Assembly (NCBI RefSeq): GCF_009914755.1
Contig: NC_060935.1
Reading direction: 5' to 3' (one strand)
Source of the DNA: the human T2T-CHM13v2.0 reference genome, Homo sapiens
DNA: 64,000 bases
Numbering within the stretch: the first letter of the stretch is position 1; each line of letters starts with the position of its first letter. This document shows, piece by piece, positions 55,481-64,000 of the stretch. The notes under the pieces were generated by a model. It did no database searches. It was not told the origin of the DNA and was given only the letters and a program-made list of their open reading frames with translations. The position numbers and the translations under genes were made by a program.

Positions 55481-56528
55481 TCTATGTCTAATGCACTGAA
55501 CCCCTTTCTATGTGCCAGGGATTGTGCTAGGCACTTGGGAGTCAAATATAAGTCAGACCTCCCTTAAGCAGTTCATGAAGTAGTTGCTATGTAGGCCTAG
55601 TTCTAAGACATTTCGAAAATGTGAGAAAAGCCAAAGATCCGTCAAAGCATTAAAGAAATCATTGTGCTTAAAATTGGATGTGTGTATGTTATTTAAAAAA
55701 TACCTAAAATGGTGTTTGGAAAGCCCAGCAAAAACCCAGTCTCTCCCGGAAATAGTTTAACAGTTACTTTCAGTGAGAAGGTAAATATCAGCCTTCCAGA
55801 ATGTGCTCATAGTAGATTACGGAATTAGTCCACGTGGGAGCTTGCAGGCTACTAAGACGGAGCTGCGCTTGGCCCGGCGATGGGGCAAGCCTGCATGTGA
55901 CAGGAAGGAGGAGGAAGAAACAGGTGCGGTGGGTGAGGAGGCTACAGTGTGTCTTCTCAGGTCTCCTGTGGGCAGGCAAGCCTGGGGTACCCTCCAGGCA
56001 GCATATGAGTGTGGGCAGCATCTGAATGAGAACATGAGAACCTGTCACTTACTGGTTGGAGTCAAGGAATGCATAAAATTGGTGTGCTGTGTCAGTTTTA
56101 ATTTATGTTAGCCTTACTATTTCAATCTTGGCATAATTATCTCACACTTAACAGAATAAGGGAGGGGCAACTGACACGTACAAGGCAGTGAGGTGGCGGG
56201 AGGCCCAGGGGGCACACAGGAAGGGTGGTTTTTGGAGGATGGCTGTGGCACCTTGAGTCTGCAGGGATGAGTAGGTGTTTTCCATAATTCTCTGCCAATC
56301 CTCTCAGTCAATTAATAGTTGTTGCTTTAAAAAATTATTTTCAATTTCTAGCCAAAAGGAAGAACAATGAGGAATGTATCAATTTTTTTGGTTTACATCT
56401 AGCACATTGGTTTGTTTTTAAGACCTCCTGCCTGATGATGATGATAATTTTATTTTTGTAACAAGCTGTTAAATGCTCGGAGAACCACAAAACAGACCCT
56501 GGTGGTAAGAATTTGTTTCAATAATCCC

Positions 56529-56975
<447 letters not shown>

Positions 56976-57227
56976 CTAAATGCTGGCTCACATGGACACA
57001 GTTAATTTCAAGGGGAAATCAGAGTGCAGCAGATATGCAACGAGAAACTTGGGAAAGGAGCTGAATTATGCAGAATTATTTGGATTGGCTCAAGTTAGAG
57101 ACAAGTCTCTGATTGACTTGTTTTCTAAGATGTATAATAGCTTAGTCCTATTTCCATTCTCTTCCTTTTGAAGCCTCTTCCTCTATAAACATCTCAGGCA
57201 TGAATTCTTCAAAGAAGTTGACAAGGG

Positions 57228-57551
<324 letters not shown>

Positions 57552-57915
57552 TTATTGATTGAAACAGGCAGCATTAGATTTCCTTGGCCTTCCTTTGACA
57601 GCAGCACTGGAAAGGGACAGGAAAGGCAATTACTTGTCCAAAGGTATGTACTAGGTATGTACCAGGTGCCTACTACGTGCCCAGCCCTGGGCCTAGCCCT
57701 GGGTTCTGCCCAGTGAGATTTGTAAGAGCAGTGCTTTAAGACTTGGTTTCTAATCACAAGTTACTTATAATCTATTTGAGACTGTAGAACTGAGACAGAT
57801 GGAGCAAATAATTTAACCTGTTAAATATGTATCAAGCCCTTACCATGCACTAAACCAGTCATGCTCAGCCTGCATGTGAGAAGCACTGATTTTTTTTTTC
57901 TTTAAATGCAGAATG

Positions 57916-58269
<354 letters not shown>

Positions 58270-58282
58270 TCACCCCTCAGAA

Positions 58283-58450
58283 CAGCAGTCCCCCAAGAGT
58301 AGTTTTTGGACGAGCATCACCATCATCTGGTCACGTATTACACATGCAGACTCTTGGACCTAAACTCCCTTGGGGTGGATTCCAGCAATCTGTGTCTTCA
58401 CAAGCCCTGCAGGTGCTAACGATGCACTGGCTCTCAAATTGGAGAACCAC
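58283..58450. mobile_element. MER5A
   Basis: cagcagtcccca..atgcagactcttgg..cagcaatctgtg..caagccct..gagaaccact. Confidence 0.7.
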
Positions 58451-59145
58451 TTGATTCAGTAGGCCTCATGTACAATATGAGGCTTTGAGCTCCTGAATAC
58501 CTGCACAGAGAACCTTGATGTGGAGCTAGGATTGAGAACCCCTGTGCTGGCAACAGGAAAGATGCAGAGATGCAGAGAACATGGCCCCAACCTGAAGAAG
58601 CTCACAGTTTAGTGGACAATGTTAAACCAAATGCCACTGAGTGCCACAGAACAGCTCAGTCTAAGGGGAAGTTCCTGGAGGACACAGAGCTCATTTTAGA
58701 GTTGAACAGGATTCTAAAGAGCTACAGGAAGATCTCTCAGAGGAATAGATGAGCAGAAGGACCCGAGGCAGGAGAAAGTGGGAAGAACAGACAGCGACTC
58801 AGCTTTGAAGAAAGCATCCATTTATTCATTTAACAAACATTTCCTGAGAGTCTACTCTTCAGCTGATTATTTATGATTTATAACACACCAGTTTCCAAAA
58901 TGATTTGAGGTGGTTTATAATGTTAAAACACATCCAAAACAGGAACGTGTATAATGTATAATGCATGTATAATGCAAATAGAACAGAGATCCATTAAGAG
59001 GAACTGGGAAATAAATCTTTCAGGCACCTGGGATGAATTAATTGAGGGCTTGCTGGGAGCAAGACACCGTCAGAGGTGCTATGGGGTTTGCTGAGAGAGA
59101 TGAAGGAGCTTATAGTCCACAAGGGAAGATAAAAGTTGCATAAAT

Positions 59146-59472
59146 GGCCAGGTGTGATGGCTCACACCTGTAATCCAAGCACTTTGGGAGGTCAAGGTGG
59201 GCGGATCGCTTGAGCTCAGGAGTTTGAGAACAGCCTGGGCAACATGACGAAACATTGTCTCTAAAAAAAAAAATACAAAAAAAAGCAGCCAGGCATGGTG
59301 GCAAGTGCCTGTAGTCCCAGCTGCTTGGGGGGCTGAGGCAGGAGGATCACTTGAGCCCGGGAGGCTCAAAAGCTGCCTGTGAGTCAAGACGGCACCACCG
59401 CACTCCAGCCTGGGTGATAGAGTGAGACCCTGTCTCAAAAAAAAAAGAGAGAAGAAAACCAAAAAATAAAAA
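59146..59472 (+). mobile_element. AluJ
   Basis: Full dimer; TSD gcataaat. Confidence 0.9.
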
Positions 59473-60044
59473 ATCAGCATAAATAACCATATTTAGGCAA
59501 AGAGCCATGGCAGATTCAAGGCAGGAGAGATCATTCCCAGCTAGGAAAGTGGGTACCTGTACCTTGAAGAAGGGAGAGGGTTTGGGGGCTGAAGGAAGGG
59601 GAGATTAGGGCTACAGCTGGAAGCAGGAAGAAGAGTCAGGAGAAAGAAGGGTGTCCACAAATTCCCTAAGCAAAGAGGCAAGGGAGACAAAGAACAGGAT
59701 AAATCAATGGGAATCCTGAGAGTTCCCATTGAAAATGCCACGGCTAGATCTTAGAGGGTCTTCACTTCAGTTGGAGAAATTTGTGTCCTGTTTGCTAGTC
59801 AGTGAGGAGTGACTGAAGGTGTTTCAGCTAGGAATTAACATGGGGAAGTCATACTTTAGAAAGATTAATTTAGCAGACACATGTAGCATGGAGCAGAAAG
59901 ACAGGCTACAGGTAGGGAGACCATTCAGGAGGCTGAAACCTGGTCTAGACTCCAGAGGAGAAGTAAGCATGGCCTGAGCTGGAGATAGCAGGAGCAAGAG
60001 AAAGGAAGAGAGTTGAAAGAGACACTATGGAGCTGTAATCTATG

Positions 60045-60190
60045 GCTTGCTACTCAAAGCGTGGCCTGGGGACCAGCAGCAGTACCTGGGAACTTGTTAG
60101 AAAAGTAGAACCTAGAGCCCCACCCAGATCCCTACTAAATCAGAATCTGCATTTTGCCAGGAGCCTTCAGTAAAAGGGGAGAACCACTGG
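60045..60190. mobile_element. MER5A-like
   Basis: gctactcaaagcgtgg..accagcagc..acctgggaacttgttagaaa..aatcagaatctgcatttt. Confidence 0.72.
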
Positions 60191-60805
60191 CCCCTAGGGC
60201 CTGGCAACTTACTAAGTGTAGGGAACAGGAGAGGGAGAAGGTCCTAAGGTAATGTCAGATCTTTCAAGGACTGGATCCTAGGGGTTAGAGGTAGAGTCAG
60301 AATTAATTTGCGTGGAGGCTGAGAGGGCCAGACTAATGACCAGCTTATGGGTTCTGAGGCCCACAGCTAGAGGGAGATGTTGGGAGCTAGAGTGTCTCTG
60401 CTTAAATTTCGAATCTTTACTGCAAATCATTGTACAGTGGAGCCGCTCAATCACATCGTCTACAGGTTCCCTCTGTAAAATGCAACAATGACAATAGTGC
60501 CCACATTTTGTTTTATTAAAAAAATCCAAATTAATTGGCCAACTATTTATTTTCCAGTAGTGATGATAGTGATATTAACAACAACATGGCCTACCATTTA
60601 TTTATCAGTGTTTGCTCTGTTCCAGGGGAAGTACTAAATAATTTGCTTCTACGAAAATCAATAGTAAATACCTACCAAAAATTGTCCTTATCTGTTATAT
60701 TTACCCCCATTCGTATCATATAATTTATCTATTTCTTTGTCTGTCTGCCTTAATAGACTCCCCTTGAATTTCCTGGTACCTAAAATAGGGCCTCACAATT
60801 AGTAG

Positions 60806-61134
<329 letters not shown>

Positions 61135-63217
61135 TTGATTTTTTTTTTTTTAAATGAATGAAAAACTAATCAAGTGAGAGTAGCTATCTGTATAGCACTT
61201 TAAACACCGTGACAATTTAGCACACAACATTGTACTTGTTTATGCATCTGTCTCACATGGGAAGAGATGAGCTTATCCATCTTCCTGTTCCCAGTCTGAA
61301 CCTAGTGTCAGCCTCAATAAAGTAAGTGCTCAAAACATTTAGATGAATAAATGAGTTTGTAGTTTGCACTAACATGTTTTTAAAACATGATAATACACTC
61401 CTAAAGTTAGGAAAAGTGACCTTAGAATCATTGGAATTGAAACTAACCAAAGAATGTTATAACATAATCAAGTATATTCTAATATGTCCAAGAAAGAAAG
61501 GATGTCGTAACAGAAGGGTCATGCTCTCTACAAAGTTCTAGAAAAAGGACTGTAAAAACGCGATTTTGACAGTATCATTCTACATTGTGCATGGGACAGG
61601 CTACGCGTCTGATAAAAATAGACACCTCTTCAGACCAGAGACAACTTTTCCAGTTTTTACCAGCCTGATGGAAGGATCCTCATATCCACCATAGCATCTT
61701 CTGATCTGTCAGCTGCCCTCTGATGACAAGGCATCCCCCAGGAGGGAGTGTTCCAAACACGTAGCTAACCTTGGTATAAACAGGCTGCTAAAAACAGCCT
61801 GAAAGTAGGGAGAAGTTTGAATCCCAGCTCCACCATATGGTAAGTCTAAAACCTTGAGCAATTTACTTGACCTATTACAACTTTAGCTTCATTCATAAGG
61901 ATGAAACTAACAGTTATGACATTAAAACAACAAAATAGTGTATATGAAGTCCATGATCCAGTATCTGGTACCTACCGCATAATATTAATACTCTAGCCCT
62001 GTTCCTGACCATCCCTTCCCTCCATGCCCAGATGTCCCTCTCATAGTTAACAAGGACATTATTATTTTTCTGCATCCTGGCAGGTGCACAAAGGTCCATG
62101 GTGTCCATGGTGACCATCTTAAAGTACTGATTCCCCAGGCCTTAGCAGCTCGCCACTAAAAGCTTTCCTCTTTTTAGCATCATTATTTTCAGTTTCCTGA
62201 CTTGCTAGAAATTCACCGAGCCAGCTTCAAAAGCAGTGTTCTTTGTACCCAGCCCAAAGACTGTAGGGACCTTTCCCAAACCCTCCCTTAATCTTTCATC
62301 AGCCTAGGGACTAAGAGAGCACAGGGTCTACCCAGGACAAGCAGGACAAGTGAGACCTAGTGCCCTCTCCCCAGGAAGATACCACGGGAAGCAAGGTGAT
62401 GTAGAGAGGCCGGCCTTCCCACAGTCAGCAACCAGATTGGACTGTCAACACTGTCAAGCCATCTTTCATTTTCCCAAGTTCTATTAAGGTTTTGCTACTT
62501 CCAGTATGCTTAAAAAGGTCTTAAATTTCAAGAGAAAATTTTAAAATTCAACAGGCATAAGATCTGAATTCTCTACTACAAAGCCATATGGACTCATCCT
62601 ACATCAAAATGCCACCAAAAATTCATGATTTGCAGCCACAATCCTTCCATTCATTCCACCTTCCAACCTCCTTTCCGCATCGTGAGGCTTCATACCTCGC
62701 AGGCCTGAAGGGGGAGCAGTCGAGCCCAAGTTCTGGGGCACTGGTAGTGTTGGATGTAGCGAGGTTTCTAGTAGTTACTGTGGGCATCCCTACATCCAGG
62801 TGCCTCTTCTCCAGCCTTATCTCTTTCGCCAAGCCCCAGGGCTACACCCTCTTCAGAGAGATTGACTATAAATGGTCATGGGGGAAGCAGTCAGAATGCC
62901 AAGAGCTGCAAGCCTGACAGAGCTTGTGTATCAGCCTGACGGCTTCAATAGCCCAGAGTCTGCTGCGTGGAATCCCAAACAGCCTTGTATCTTCCTCCCT
63001 AACCACAGACAGCCTGCCTGCCTCTTGGGCCTTGTTTAAACAAGATGAGAGCAGGCCGTGTTTGGACTAGAAGGCCCGTGACCCTTCCCCAGTGTGGGAG
63101 AACAGGTCAGCAAGACATGGTGCAGCCTGAATGTGAGCTGCTCTCTTGCTTTTAGGTCTTCCTGACTTTCAGAAACTGGGGGCCATAAGAGCTCCACCAT
63201 CTCAGAAGTCTGCTGCC

Positions 63218-63484
63218 AATAGGAGGAAATAGTTCAGGTTCTGTTGCACGGCAGGGTGACTATGGTTGACAACAGTGTATTGTATATTTCAAAATAGTTA
63301 GAAGAGAGGATTTTGAATGTTCTCACCACAAGGAAATGATACATGTTTGGGGTGATGAAAATGCTTATCACCCGGATTTGATCGTTACGTATCATATACA
63401 TGCATCGAAACATCTCATTGCACTCCATAAATATGTACAATTATTACGTGTCAATTAGAAACAAAATAAAACTAAAAAAAAAAA
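63218..63484 (+). mobile_element. L1MA 3' end with poly-A
   Basis: agggtgactatggttgacaac..ttcaaaatagttagaagagaggattttgaatgttctcaccacaa..; TSD aagtctgctgccaa / aaatctgccaccaa. Confidence 0.88.
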
Positions 63485-63775
63485 TCTGCCACCAAAGGAG
63501 AGATATCCTTGGCTAATGTGGATCATTGTGTTCTGAGTGTAGTAATCAATCATTACAGTTAACATGCCAGGCATGGCACTAGGTACCTTGGGGTAATGGG
63601 CACATACAGTGTTTAGCGCAGTGCTTGGCACATAGTAGGTATTTGATGAGTGATAGCGATTACTATCAATAATCTTATAGATCACTCTATGAAGAGGTAT
63701 CATTATTATCGTCCTTTGTTTTGGGAAGCTGAGGAAACACACATACAGAGAAGTTCAACTTGTTCAAGGTTTTGA

Positions 63776-64000
<225 letters not shown>

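Noticed and set aside
62588-62917. 109-aa ATG ORF in unique sequence
   Set aside because: No recognisable domain or convincing splice structure; length is compatible with chance.

Overview
Human genomic DNA: an AluYb8 with the diagnostic 7-bp duplication fixes the species. The window is very Alu-dense (roughly 70 Alu/FLAM pieces, about 30% of the bases) and looks intergenic or intronic. I found no intact protein-coding gene, RNA gene or CRISPR array. Nearly all entries in the ORF track are Alu, simple-repeat or chance ORFs. Two real gene remnants lie on the minus strand: a full-length processed FUNDC1 pseudogene (32118-33080; poly-A, AATAAA, 16-bp TSD, two frameshifts, one nonsense codon) and an ancient ~510-bp MT-CYB NUMT (36453-36960) with no frameshift. 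The rest is nested transposon debris (L1M, L2, L3/CR1, MIR, MaLR, MER31/MER34-like LTRs, MER5A/20/30/33/58). The most unusual signal is a cluster of five short locally templated insertions (50-245 bp, direct or inverted, copied from 0.4-1.9 kb away). Several land inside older transposons, so donor and recipient can be told apart. There is also a 92-bp near-perfect fold-back palindrome. These look like fossil template-switch or end-joining repair scars of different ages. Repeat subfamily calls come from remembered consensus sequences, and repeat boundaries are approximate.
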